The notes under the pieces are model-generated. The model was not told the DNA's origin, made no database searches, and worked only from the letters and a program-made list of their open reading frames with translations. A DNA stretch of 64,000 bases. Source: Phoronis australis. Taxonomy: Eukaryota > Animalia > Phoronida. Shown here piece by piece: positions 40,527 through 53,118 of the stretch (positions within the stretch are counted from its first letter, which is position 1; each line of letters starts with the position of its first letter). The translations under genes and the position numbers were made by a program. Where the stretch lies: the NCBI GenBank assembly GCA_002633005.1, contig NMRA01000128.1, positions 520,850 to 584,849 of the forward strand, read 5' to 3'.

Positions 40527-41998
40527 TTCTCAATGTCAATGCAAAGGCACCCGTTGTGTAAACTGTTATTTAAGGGATGTGATTCCATTTAGCGTCCCTT
40601 CTCAAGTGGCCACTGGTGCATTGGTTTTGACGGCTGATATTCGAGCCCGTGCGTTTCAGTCCTTGTAAACTACGAGTTCATGTGTGTCAGTTCGCTCCTG
40701 GAAGATAAACTCGTTGGAAGATTTGTTAGACAATCGGGTAGATGCTGATTGAACGTTATAGTATTGGAAGACGACGAGGGCAGTAGTTCCATTCCATTTG
40801 TGTTTAAGAAATAAAGTGGTCTTGAATATATATGTACACTGTCTTTGACTTGTGTTTGGCAAATTTGGGCACCTGTCAGATTTAGCGCGTCCGCAAGGTT
40901 ATTTTGCTAACCTACGTGTTCGTCATTGTATGGCGACTGTAACCACCGATTCTATTGTTATGTCTCTCTGTGGAAGTTGGAACTGTTATGAATGTATTGA
41001 AATGACACAATTAAAAAAATACTGTGCAACTGACACCGTCCATACAACTGAGTAGAATTACGTGATGCCAGACTTCCTGGTATGGCATTTATGCCCATAA
41101 GAGAACACAACCGAGCAAAATGACGGAAGTGAACTATTTTCGCGCAGACTTGTATACTTCGTATGAGTAAGATAATACACGCTTGTGTTGGTGGAGTAAA
41201 TTATGATAGGGTGACCATCAACAAAGAAAAATGTCGTTTTGTGAATCCGCCCGAAAATTGACTGGTCCTGTCGCATTGTCGTCACATAACTCAGGATCAA
41301 GTTTCATTTAAATCTGACCATCGCTTCTCTACTGAGATAGCATCCAGAAACGCTATTTCCCAAATAAACTGAAAAGTTCTGGCTTCGGCTGGGTGCGAGG
41401 CAGATTGAAAAGTAGCAAATTTCAAGGTCCGACCTGTGGTTTACGAGATATCGAACAGAAAACGGAACATGAGTTTCATGAATTGGTCATAGCACCATTG
41501 TAAATTGTGGTTAGAATTTTCTCGTCTGCAACCGGGAAGGTCACTCATATTGACAAGGTGCCGCAGGCATGTACCAACATTTCGGGTAGGCGGTACTTTT
41601 TAAGCAATAAGTTTTGAGGGACCCGCACGGGGTCCAATAGGCCCCTAAATATGAATTTCGCCTCCGCAAAAGGGGTGGAGCAGAAACAAATACCCTGCAA
41701 AAGCCGGGGGTGAGGCAGAAAAATCTACCTCGCAAAAGGGGGAGGGGTGGGAATTAGCAGACCTCAGTGATGCCCGGAATAGGGGGTCTCTGAGCAATTT
41801 TTGTTCACTACACGCCTTCGGGTACCTTGTCAGTGAGTGACTCCCCGGCCTTTGCACACATAAGCGCTCATACCACGCCAGAGCAGTCGAACTTAGTGCT
41901 TTATTGACCTCATTGCTTTAGTGGTAAACTGGTGCTTCACCGTGACAAGCCAAATGTAGAGCATGCCTTGATCTCAAGCTTGGGGCTACTAAACATTG

Positions 41999-42237
41999 CA
42001 GTGGCAGATCTACGATTTCAGCAAGGGGGGGTTTAGGATTCGAGAGAATCCGAGGCGCGTAGCGCCGAGGAGAAGGAAGGTCGCGAGAGGGTTTCCCTCC
42101 TCCCGTGTAAGATTTTTTGGGATTTTTAGTAACTAATTTCGTTTTTCTGGCGATTTTTTTCCAGTTTTTATTTTTGATCCTGTCCCGAGGGGAGGGTTTA
42201 AACCCCCTGAACCCCCCCCCCTGTAGATCCGCCTCTG
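41999..42237. mobile_element. MITE related to the hAT-type element at 54861-57542; 5-bp TSD cattg
   Basis: cattg|cagtggcagatcta ... tagatccgcctctg|cattg; both subterminal regions resemble the ends of the 54861-57542 element. Confidence 0.8.
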
Positions 42238-42394
42238 CATTGTTTAGTGGTGCGAGGTTGCGCGGAGTCAAGCAAAAATGCAATTTTAAGTCAGTCTTTT
42301 AAGAACTCAAGTTCTCTTTAATTTGACTGAATTAGTTACCAATTTCGCAATGGTTGGAGGTCTAGCTTACCCACAGTTCGTTTGTGACGGATGA

Positions 42395-42463
42395 CATGGG
42401 CGGCGTACCATATGTAGGGCGCTGGGGTGAGAGCCCCACTTTTTCCGTGCTGCGCCGCCCATA
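42395..42463. mobile_element. Tiny CATGGGC-terminus MITE, same family as 8207-8327
   Basis: catgggcggcgta ... tgcgccgcccata inverted ends; internal gctggggt motif shared with the 8207 copy; no clear TSD. Confidence 0.45.
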
Positions 42464-43742
42464 TATCTCATGAGGCGGGTTACAAAAAAGAAAATATACA
42501 TCTTCAGTATTGTGTTAGACGTCGGGCATTCTCTTCTGTAGAAAAAGCTCGGAGCTTTTTCTACAGAAGATCGCAGCATGCCTAACGGTTTCCCGTCAAG
42601 TCGTTATACCATGCAGAGAACATGACCAAAATATGGCGAATTGAAAGGGATAAACTGCTTCCAACATATTCCACGCCTCACTGAAAAACTGAAGATATAT
42701 TTATGCAAACAATTGTATATATGTGTAGAACACGTACGTTTGGCTACACTTTTCTCGACGCGAGATAGCCATTGAACTCTACCGCCGTACTTCAATGGCC
42801 CGTTCAGGCTTGTACTGTAGGCTTTCCAGGTGAAATGACTCGCAACTTTACATTTTGTTCATGGAGTTTTCGACTCAGTGGAAGAAAGGCGGGAAAGTCT
42901 ATGATATGTGCACTGCAAGGCAAAACGTCGTGACTAATGTAGGCCCTATAGTGCCTCCAAAGGGCTTGAACACCTAGTTGATAAGTTTTACGCTAACATG
43001 AGTGAAACGAACCTAGAGTGGTGGAGATGAAACAACATCCCACGAGACTTTATTCCGTGTATCGACCACGAACGTAATAAGGTCGCTTCGAACTCCTAGT
43101 TTCGTTACTTTTTTCGGCAGAATTTTAGAATACTTCCCCAAGCTGTTCACGAGGTGCATCAAAGCCTTTCACTCTCACTACTTAAAGATAACAATGTTAA
43201 ATGTAATTATTTATTACGTGAAGAGATACCCGATGAAAACAACGGTAATAGTGCATTGAACTTGCAACATTTTATTGAAATAATTAATAGTATAACCATG
43301 TGGTTACAAATCCATACATACGATCACATTTTACCAACTGTCGTCTCAGATGGTTCCAAGACAGTTGAACGAACCCTGCCATGTGCTTTACGTTATGTTT
43401 TCATTGGCTCTGCTTCATCTTATATACATTTGTTATTCAGAGCAAAGCGTAAAACAGTTTAGTTTGATTATATAGGAAAACGTTATGTTCCGAGGTTTTC
43501 AAACATAGGAATAATAGTGATCCATGCTCCTAAGTAATGGTTTTGCTGTGAAGCACAAAGTATAATGGACTTCGCAATACTAAACCCTCTGTATACCAGC
43601 CTTTCGTACGAAAACACTTTTGCCCCAACTTTAACACTTTAAACTATTTCGGGAAAGTTTGATGAGTGAGCCGTCAAGTGACGTTGAGTCGACATTGGCC
43701 TTCCTTGAACCTTCATGTCAGCTAAGAGTCCCGTGAGTGCAG

Positions 43743-43827
<85 letters not shown>

Positions 43828-43888
43828 GTATATGCATATGCATATGCATATGCATATGTATATGTATATGTATATGTATATATATATA
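43743..43888. repeat. Compound microsatellite (TA)n/(TATATG)n/(CATATG)n
   Basis: Directly visible; produces spurious IYIY/YTYA ORFs. Confidence 0.97.
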
Positions 43889-44155
43889 CCACAGGGCCGT
43901 ATTGCACGCAACTTATTCAACGCGTATGGGATGACATATCACAAATAAGGAATAGACGGTGATTATTATTCACTTAACATACATTTAACTGACATAGGAA
44001 GTCAATGGTATAAAATATACTTCAATTAATAAATTAACAAATAAATTGGACACCCCATTAAAAATAAATAATGTAGTGCTTCATATCTACCCTCCACAGA
44101 GTACATCATGATAAGCAAACTGTTGATGTGTTAGTGATAACTGACATATCTTTCC

Positions 44156-44216
44156 GTGTATGTGTGTGTTTGTGTGTGTACGTGCGTGCGTGTGTGTGCG
44201 TGTGTGTGCGTGTGTG
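44156..44216. repeat. Imperfect (GT)n/(GCGT)n microsatellite
   Basis: Directly visible. Confidence 0.9.
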
Positions 44217-44911
44217 CAAAAATGAGTACGGTAGTGCTTCTGTTAATAATGTGTATGGTTATTGACGGTGGCCGGACATAGTAGCAGGAAACGCAGCCGA
44301 ATCATTAGCAAATGAGTATTTAAAAATTTCATCATTTTCAGGGGGGCTCGTTCGAACGAAGTAGGCAAAAAGGTCCACCTCAGAGAAACAAAAACCTACG
44401 AAAAATAAAAAATAATTTAACTAAAATAGCGATGATACTTTCGGGCCACCGAAAGTGAACGTACTCCGTGAATCTTACTAAAAGTTCCACATTCTCTAGC
44501 AAATGTGTGGGTGTTTATCTTATCTAGAACTGAAGTGGTTATAATATTTTCATTGATAGTTCTAGGAATGTAAAAATGTAAACAGTGAGTTGCCGTGACT
44601 GATTTGAGGACTGTAGTAGTTAATGCGTTTTCTTTTAAACGGATATTGGCCTGGCAGAACTCTGAAGCTCATGTTGGCTTGAAGCCCTGAACTAATACAC
44701 TGCCGTGAGAAGCAACTAAAATTGCATGGCCTGATTTTTCAAAGCAATAACGACAGGTCGAAAGTGATAATTTCAACGAGTCTGTCCCATTGAACAATAA
44801 TCACAAAAGTGAGTTTTCGACCGCAAAAACGATACTTATATCCCTATCAACATCAATTGCAGTGTTAAGTCGCATACGTGTACTAAAGACGCTACTTACA
44901 TCTGAGTACCG

Positions 44912-45218
44912 TTGGTCAAATGGGTGAACGTTACGCATGTAAATGACGTGAATAAATTAATTCTTGTTTGTGGCGTAAATTGATTATTGATGGCGTAAAT
45001 TAACTATTAGCGGGGTAAAGTAATTATTTGTGGCATAAATTAAAGTTCATTTACACACGTAAATAATGTACGTATGTAAATTACACACGTAAATAATGTA
45101 CGTATGTAAATTACGCACGTAAATAATTACTTAACGCCGTTAATAATTAATTTACGCCACTGATAACAATTAATTTAAGCACGTAATTGATGTGCGTGAC
45201 GTTCACCCATTTGGTCAA
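44912..45218. mobile_element. Foldback/MITE-like palindromic element with internal 30-bp tandem repeats
   Basis: caaatgggtgaacgttacgca ... tgcgtgacgttcacccatttg ends; inner tggcgtaaat/atttacgcca symmetry; ttacacacgtaaataatgtacgtatgtaaa repeated about 2.5 times at 45051-45125. Confidence 0.7.
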
Positions 45219-45519
45219 TGACGAAGTGAGTGCTGAAGCTTAACTGGAATAACTTTCTGACTGTTGCCAGGGCACTTACCAAAAACCATGACATTTAGCG
45301 ATCGGACTATTATTGTATAGGATAGACATTTTGAAGTATATGAAATCAAAGCCGCCGACTTTACCAAATAAGTACACCTAAAATACTCTGGCACGTATTT
45401 GTGGGGTATAGCTCCGTCTTCGCAGCGTTTACTGCGACCGCGAAGGTTCATCCGCTCCAGGCTGATCTCCTAAAATCACGATTATTCTCACCAATCTTAG
45501 TTCCTACTGTTGTCACACT

Positions 45520-45663
45520 TTTACATTCCATATCTCTCAAGTATTTAAATCACGTCGTATTATTTTAAATTACTTATTCTTGTTAACTTTACATTCCATA
45601 TCTCTCAAGTATTTAAATCACGTCGTATTATTTTAAATTACTTATTCTTGTTGACTTTACATT
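45520..45663. repeat. Near-perfect tandem duplication, unit about 68 bp
   Basis: ttacattccatatctctcaagtatttaaatcacgtcg...ttcttgtt starts at 45521 and again at 45589. Confidence 0.9.
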
Positions 45664-45999
45664 TTTATCCTTCTTTTTCTTCAGAGAATTTTCTCTTCAT
45701 GCCTTTAGACATGTTCTCTTCATTATCAGTGTTGGTATGTTTGTCTTCACGCCTTGTTATTTTTGTCTCACTTTCATGTATTACCATTCTGTTTGTCTTA
45801 TTTATTTGTTTTCATGTCTCACCTTTACGGTCATTCATGCATCACGATCGTGTATAGCCCAAAAACCGATCAGACATTCAACATTTCTAAATCATTGCAA
45901 GCCTGTAGCTACAGCAAGAAAAACATGTTCCTCTATTGCTAGCAGTCAATTAAGAGCGATGAGGGCAAGACTGGTACTGCCTTTTCAAATTGGTATATA

Positions 46000-46360
46000 G
46001 TTGGTGGCGGGAACTGCAAGGGACCCCTGCTATTCAACATGTTTATCAATGATATCTTCTATGCATTGCATGGCATATGTAACCTGTACAACTCTATGCA
46101 GAGGACGCTACAACTGTGTGCTGACCACGGCCTGGACAATGTAAGAAGGGACTTAGTATACTGTTGACGTATTGAAATGGTTTGAATTAAATCAAAAAAT
46201 TCCATCAGCATGTTGATGACCTATGTGCTGAGGCAGCCAACCATGTCTCAATATTGTATCGACTCCGTAGTCTTTTTGACCACTGAGGCAACAAAGTTAA
46301 AACTTTATCATGTTCTTGTTATATCGTAGTTTAAATTATTGTCCACTTATTAGGCAATTT
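46000..46360 (+). pseudogene. Decayed non-LTR retrotransposon reverse transcriptase fragment (CR1/L2-type)
   Basis: From 46021: GPLLFNMFINDIFYALHGICNLYN, frameshift, YAED (degenerate YADD); further remnants LKWFELN, HQHVDDLC and NYCPLI in shifting frames. Confidence 0.75.
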
Positions 46361-48388
46361 AAGCTGTGTTTGTCGAGGCAGAAAAATGGAAAGGATTCAG
46401 TTTGTGTTTTTAAAATACCCGTAACAGTATTCAGCTTTGGTATAAACGGCAAACTCAGTTCTTTTGGTGACTCATAGAACGATGTGCCTTGCTTTAAAAG
46501 TTCTTTAACACGTCCACCATGTTGGCCCACTTGTATCCTCTAGAGGGGTTCGATGAGCGCCAATCATCTTATAAATTCTGGGGACAGAATTTCTAATCTG
46601 TCTCGAGATTTCTTACATCTACTTACGAGGTGTCTCCATGTGGAACAAATTTTGATGTTACAATGACAAGACAAAAATTAAATACGATGATCTCGACTTT
46701 TCTAAGAGAAGACTGTGAATGCCAGAACTGTACCCGGTGTTGTGTCATCTATTTTGCTTCATGTTGACAATCATTAGGGTTTTAACTGATTGTTTACATA
46801 TTACATATATTCTTCCTGTATGTACTCTCTTAAACCTCTCCGCAAGTAATACTCTACACATGTATTTTTCAGTATCCGTTACTAGCACCTGTGCTAATTT
46901 TTTCTTTTGTTGTATCTACCAACACCGATTAAAATACACGTTTAATTAAGAGTTAGTAATTACTAACTTGTTAGCTAGGTTTGGAGCTTACGCGCCTGCA
47001 TACTTGCTGCAATTGGTTTCATTGTTTCGCTAGCTTCAAGACGTTCAGTGAAACGCCAGTATCAAACAGAGAAGCCACGAGTATTTCTTCGCGTCATTTA
47101 TAGCTGGAAAAGATACCTCTTTCTGCTTATAGTTTTACTTTCGGACCGGATACTGCTTTGTGAGAACATGGCGGGTACGTTTCGACTACCACTTTGAAGA
47201 CCCATGCAAATTTCTAGTCTCTAATTGGCACGCATACGTTTCGGAGACAACAGAAACTCGGCTAGTTTCACGGCACATTATACTTCGTCTCAAGATGACG
47301 CCAAGCGCATGTTTATCAATGAATCTGATCGTGACCATGAAAAACAGATTTTGACGAAACTTGACACTGGGAAAAATATATTCAAAAACAAAGGGTCAAT
47401 TACTTATTAATTCTGGAGCAAGTTCAAAGATTGTAAAGTTGCGTTTTGTGACCGGGCCCTCTGCGCTAGTCCCGTGTGTACACTCATATACGATTAAAAT
47501 TTCGGTTGAGAAATATGAAAGCAACACTAGGGTTTATGTTTTTATTTAAAAAATCAAAATAGCACAGAAACATGTAAGTGTAACTCAGATTACCCGTTTC
47601 CTGTTGAACATGCCCTGTGAACACACATAGAAAACAGGTGTGTGAAGGGTGATACTTTAGGCTAATGAAAAATATCCAAAATACGTTCACAGCAACGAAA
47701 AACAATAAATCATAAAATAATATATACAGTAGATTCATTACACTAGATCAGACTTTTCATAATTTACATTAAATCAAAATATTGAACTCTAAGGCAAAAG
47801 GGCTTACTCATCTTTTAATTTCATTTAATCAAAACTAAAATTTTTACAAGCTCACCTTAAAAAGACCCTGACAAGAATCACTCGGAATTTTCAAACGCAT
47901 CAGTATTTCTGTTTAAAACCTGTGTCCTTACACATAACTTTTCGTTAGTGGCAGTATGCATATTAAATTTAAATGTTGTTTTTAATTTAATGCATTAGGC
48001 TACTGTCTTCATTATATACACTATATTCAATGTCTTCCAAAGAAAGTTATTTATTAAGAGTTTTGTGTGAACTTACAACTTTTCTTAGAGTTTGTACAAG
48101 GCTATTAACATATTTACATTTTACATAGAAAAAATCAGTTCTCATGTAATGAATTACACTTGCAATTTTGATCTGCAGTGCACCTGTAGCCCTCATGTTA
48201 GTAGTGTCCTCTGTTGGCACTCCTTCGCAAGACACTGTCTTGATGCTCCTATTCCAATGACGCCATATTTGGCAGATCGAGACTGGCTTTCATGGGTTTT
48301 GTCATCGTAATGACAAGTGAGATGGCTTTGAGTCACATCAAAACCATGAAGGGTCTCCAAGAGAGACCATTCTTGGTTTTGATGCGAC

Positions 48389-51321
48389 TTAAATTGGCAG
48401 TCCATCAATTTTGATATCATCTGCATCCATCTGAAATAATTGAACAAAAAAATCAGTTTTAATCTAAAACCTATGAAATGCTTTTTTGAAAATCAGCCAA
48501 AAGCAACTCACAAAATTTGGAGCAGTACCCATGATTTAATGGGGTTTCTACATAATCATGGAATTGTCCAGACTCTCCCATTTCATCATGGAGAAATTTT
48601 CAACCTACTCTTGATTTCAAAAAAAATTTTAAAATGTTATTCATCATGAAAACTGATGCCTGGAAAATCCCAGTGGTTAATAAACCCCATGCCAAGCCTA
48701 TGGTTATACAATACCCCTATGCAACATTAACTATTGACCCCCAGTCATGCACTCAGTTCATGACACCTTCACAATACATGACTTACCACTCTGGGAAAAT
48801 CCCTTACACTATATGAGGTCATATCCATTGACAAAATTGATAAACATGTTTACATTAACAGCAAAGGGCTTTGAACTGCTTGAGAGGCTTAGTGAGTCGA
48901 CCCTTATCAGGATGTAGTTTCACATAATACAAAACCCTAAATTTTCGACAGTAAGAAAAATTCCATCTTTCTTGTTTTTCATATTGATTTGGCTGTTTAC
49001 CAGAAGAGACAATATTGACAAAATTCGACAACTTTCACCACCACATAGATACCCGTGTTTTATAAGAATAACTGCCTTCTTGTCTAATATTCAGCAAACT
49101 GACCATATAACAAGGGCAAAACTATTTCAGTAAGCTCTGTATCGCCAGTCCAACGTGCACTCGTTAGCATAAAACATTTTCTTGTTATTAAACAGCAACT
49201 CACGCACACACAAAACATGGTATTAACACCTAATTGCAGCGACAGCCAACAAGTTGAATCATTCCTTCAGCCCAAAACACTAGGCAGGACAACGAAAAAC
49301 AACTCACACAATAACATGGCAAAAGAGTTTGCTGTCCTGAGTCACAAAACCCTCCCACACAAACGTATATAGAAACATGCTCAATTTACCTCATCGTCAT
49401 CACAATCGTCAGAGTCATCACTGCTGAACGATGACAGTGCCTCAGCGTCAGCGCCGAAATTCATGAGAATCATGACTACTTTCTGATGATGCCTGCCTGC
49501 TGCCAACCTTAAAGGGGTACTGTTATCAAAGGTCATAGCCTCAATGTCTGCTTCCCAGTTGAGAAGTAATTCTACGAGTCTTTGGTTGTCATTCTCTGCA
49601 GCAAAGTGTAGAGGTGTACGCCCACTTTTGCCATCCTAAAAGAAGTGAACAACTGAGATCAGTTAATGTGAAAAAGCTAATTGAACATGAGATGACCCAT
49701 TTAGCATAATTCAGATCTCAATAAACTATTCTATGCTCGAAAATATGAGTTGAAAAAGTAAAATATGAGTAGAAAATTGACCTCACGACTTGCTTTGACA
49801 ATAATTGCCAATTAAACATTCGAGTTAACAGCAACACAGCTGTGGCGAGCCAAGATGTTGTCCTGATTACCCATGACATTTGAAATTGCCAAACTCCAAG
49901 AATACAAGTGGCAAATATGTTGTCACTTGCACTTTCGAGCAGGCATTTTCTTCTGTGGCAAGCGCTGCAACTCTTAAAATTATGAACTACATGAGTTGAT
50001 TCCTCTTGCGTATTAATTAAAAATATATCTTACCTTGATGTTAATGTTGGCACCACACTTTCTGGTCAGGTAGTATATTATTCTTGGATGATTATTCTTT
50101 GCCGCAATGTGCAAACATGACAGACCTGTAAAAATAAAATCAAAATGACTGGCCTTAAAATACCCCGTCAAACCCTGTATTTTATCCATACTAGTTGTTA
50201 GCCAAATGTAAAAGCAACAAATGGATAGCCACAGAATTAGTTTTCTCAAGTTCTCAAGGCAATACATCAGGACCACAATTTAACATTGATATTTGAGACA
50301 CAACATCAGAATGACAAGTGCTGCTTACCTTCAAAATTTAGTGCATTCACATCCTGTTTCAAAGGGTGCGTCAAGAGGCTGATGCACTTCTCATCCCCTC
50401 CTTTACAGGCAAGGTGAAGTGGTGTGTTGCCATTATGATCTACTATCGATGATGATGCCCCAGCTTGTAAAAGTGCATTGACCACACCTGGCAATTTTAC
50501 CAGGACAGCCAAGTGCATGGCTGTTTGGTGATAGCCGTTGGTCATATCTAGACAGTCTACAGATGGCGCCTTATGAATCATGCCTATGGCAACGTCTTCC
50601 AAGAGGTGAATGATAGCTATCATGAATTGGCTGAAAGAAAAGAATAACAGTGAAAATCGAGTAAATTGAAATCAAGCTTAATATAACAACTAATTCCTGA
50701 GATTAGATTTTTTCATTAGGAATTCATTTGAAACTGTTACTTAGAACCCAGCTTAGTGTTATACTTATAACGTTCAAATATTTCAACATTGTCTTATCGA
50801 TGTAGTAAACGAGGACAAATCCTGTCAAATATTGCAGGAATCTCCACATCATTCACAGCCACTGCGTATGGGTTAAATGATTCTTTTATTCACAATACAT
50901 ACTTGTCCCCATCCTCATCTTGATTGAAAATCTTTACGGCATAGTCTTCTTTCTCAATCCCATGTGTAAGGGAACATGTCTGTGTTGCAGCAGGTCCAAT
51001 TGAAAGGTTCTCCATGGCTGATTCGACATTTTGTGAGTCATATCCAGAATCCATCACTGACTGACAGGTCATGTCTTGCACATGTTGCTTAGCGGAAGTT
51101 TGAAGGGAGACGGCATGTTTTGTGGGTGGCATGGTAACTGAATGTTCACGTTCAGACTTGCAGTTCCCCGACGGAAATGACTCCAATCCAGAATCGATTT
51201 TGTCTGAACACCAGTTTTCATTCTTTGAAATGTCACCGAGCCCATATCCTGGAACAGGGGGCACCCGGAACCCAATGCAGCCATCCTCTTCCAAGTCACT
51301 GTAGTCTCTTAAATTCGACAT
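48389..51321 (-). CDS. NFKBIA: IkappaB family inhibitor of NF-kappaB (cactus/IkappaB-alpha-like), about 366 aa, 5 coding exons
   Basis: Exons 51321-50903, 50630-50329, 50125-50034, 49635-49390, 48430-48389 (1101 nt, phases consistent; in-frame TGA just upstream of the ATG). DSGLES and DSGYDS degrons; QDEDGD start of ankyrin 1; ankyrin repeats QTAMHLA, GNTPLHLAC, GLSCLHIA, DGKSGRTPLHFA, STPLRLA; acidic PEST SSDDSDDCDDDE; tail DDIKIDGLPI*. The gene symbol denotes the family; exact orthology is untested. Confidence 0.93.
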
Positions 51322-52386
51322 CTTTTTTCAATACTGGAAGGACAAACACATTAAATAAGTGAAATAGAAACATAACAGGATAAAAAATCACAATTTCACA
51401 ATATGTCAAAAATGAGACTTAACTATCACAGCCAGAATATATAAAACATCATCAATTTCTAATGTTTTTTGCAGAGGTCCCAGTATTTTGCAAAATTTGA
51501 AATCAAAGACATTAATTGGAATGGTTATTTAGTTGGGTTTGCCTTTTAGATCCTTAAACAACTTGACTTATGGAACACTTCATGAACATTGTAGCAAAGC
51601 AAGTTACAAAGTAACAGAGGCAGAGCAAGTGCACATTTTCATGGTTACACACAGCTCCCTCATCATTCTGTCTAGTACAACAAGCGAACCAGTCATGACA
51701 CACTCACACTTCCATAGAGTCTTGTCATCATCTCTGGTGGAGTGAGTGACTCATTAACATAGAAATTCCATGTGTGGGGGGGCCATTGCACATGCCCTCA
51801 TTTGAAGAGTGCCGTAAACAAATGATCAGGGAATGAGCCCATGACATCCTGTGAGGATCTTCCTACCTCACATTCTTGACTGACGTTCTAATTAACAGCA
51901 TCCGTCGTTCATTTAACTATTCTTTTCTAATGAGATGTAATTCTTTTCTCATCAACCTCAACTGAGTTTGTTATTTTCTTATTAGCCACAAGCTGCACGT
52001 GCTTGACACGAATGTGCCAGTAAAGTACAACTGGAAACCTTGCAGTTACTGCGAACATAATTATCCATAAGAACATAATTATCCACAAGAAAAGCATCCA
52101 GGCTCATGAGAAAAGTCCTGTCCCTTGTAAGAAAAGATCAATTCAAAAAAACAAACAAATTTTCGATGTAGATCACTTGCCACTATAAAATTGACCTCAG
52201 CCTGATCCTCGCTGAGATGAGAAGTGATTTTGATAGCTAGAACTGACAGGTTGTCATTTATTAGACCAACACTATGAACATAAAATGACACACGTTGACA
52301 AGTCAACTTGTAGAGCTTGGTCTCAACAAATAATGAACTGTCAGTTCTTTCAAAGCCCTGAAATCATCTCCCAAGTTGCCTAAGAT

Positions 52387-52613
52387 TTAGACAGCATCAT
52401 CGTCTCTACTTAGCACTTGAGACAGTAGTACTCCCATACTGGAACTTTCATACGCCCGAAGCTTTTTGACGATATGCCTTACACCGATTAAACCATCAAA
52501 GTGCGAGCTGTGAGGCATGATCTGCCGAAAAGCTTCCGGCGTATGAAGGCTCTACAGGAGTACCGCAGTCTCTACCATGTCTACTGCTAAGCAGAGAGGG
52601 CAGCACTGTCTAA
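52387..52613. repeat. About 225-bp imperfect palindrome (hairpin or MITE relic) in IkappaB intron 1
   Basis: ttagacag..tctctacttagca..gagacagtagtactcc..ttcatacgcccgaagctttt pairs with aaaagcttccggcgtatgaa..ggagtaccgcagtctc..tgctaagcagaga..ctgtctaa. Confidence 0.75.
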
Positions 52614-53118
52614 CTAAGCCTAGGCCTCAAAGACAACATTTGGTGACCAATTCCATAACAGCGACAGATCTAAATCGTAAGTTGGTGGAACGCAGTTTTA
52701 AGTGCAAAAGTCACAATTCACACGGGTTTTCCCAACTTCCAACTATCGTAATGCGTTCTGGGGTTGTTCTGGTAACCAATAAGATGCCAATCCTTTGACA
52801 TCGTTACTTCTCTTAGACGCAGATGTCTTGGAAACAAGGAACATCAGCTGACAAACATTCCGAAGAAAGAACCCGGATGTTGCTCAATAGGTCGTTGGTC
52901 CAGCGATCGCCAGTGACTATGGCGGATGTAAATTATTACGAAGTAGAAAAGTCATAATCAAGTAACTGAATTGTGATGACTGGTACACCGCACGTCAATC
53001 GAACAACTCAATATTCAACACTCGTCTTTCCAATGACAGTAACCAAAATGGCGTCTCCACTGAAAAGCCACGAAATTTGGTGGGAGTGACGTCGTTGCTT
53101 ATAATCATTCGTCATTAC

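Noticed and set aside
43639-43948. ORFs rich in IY/YT/IC repeats
   Set aside because: Translations of the (TA)n microsatellite.
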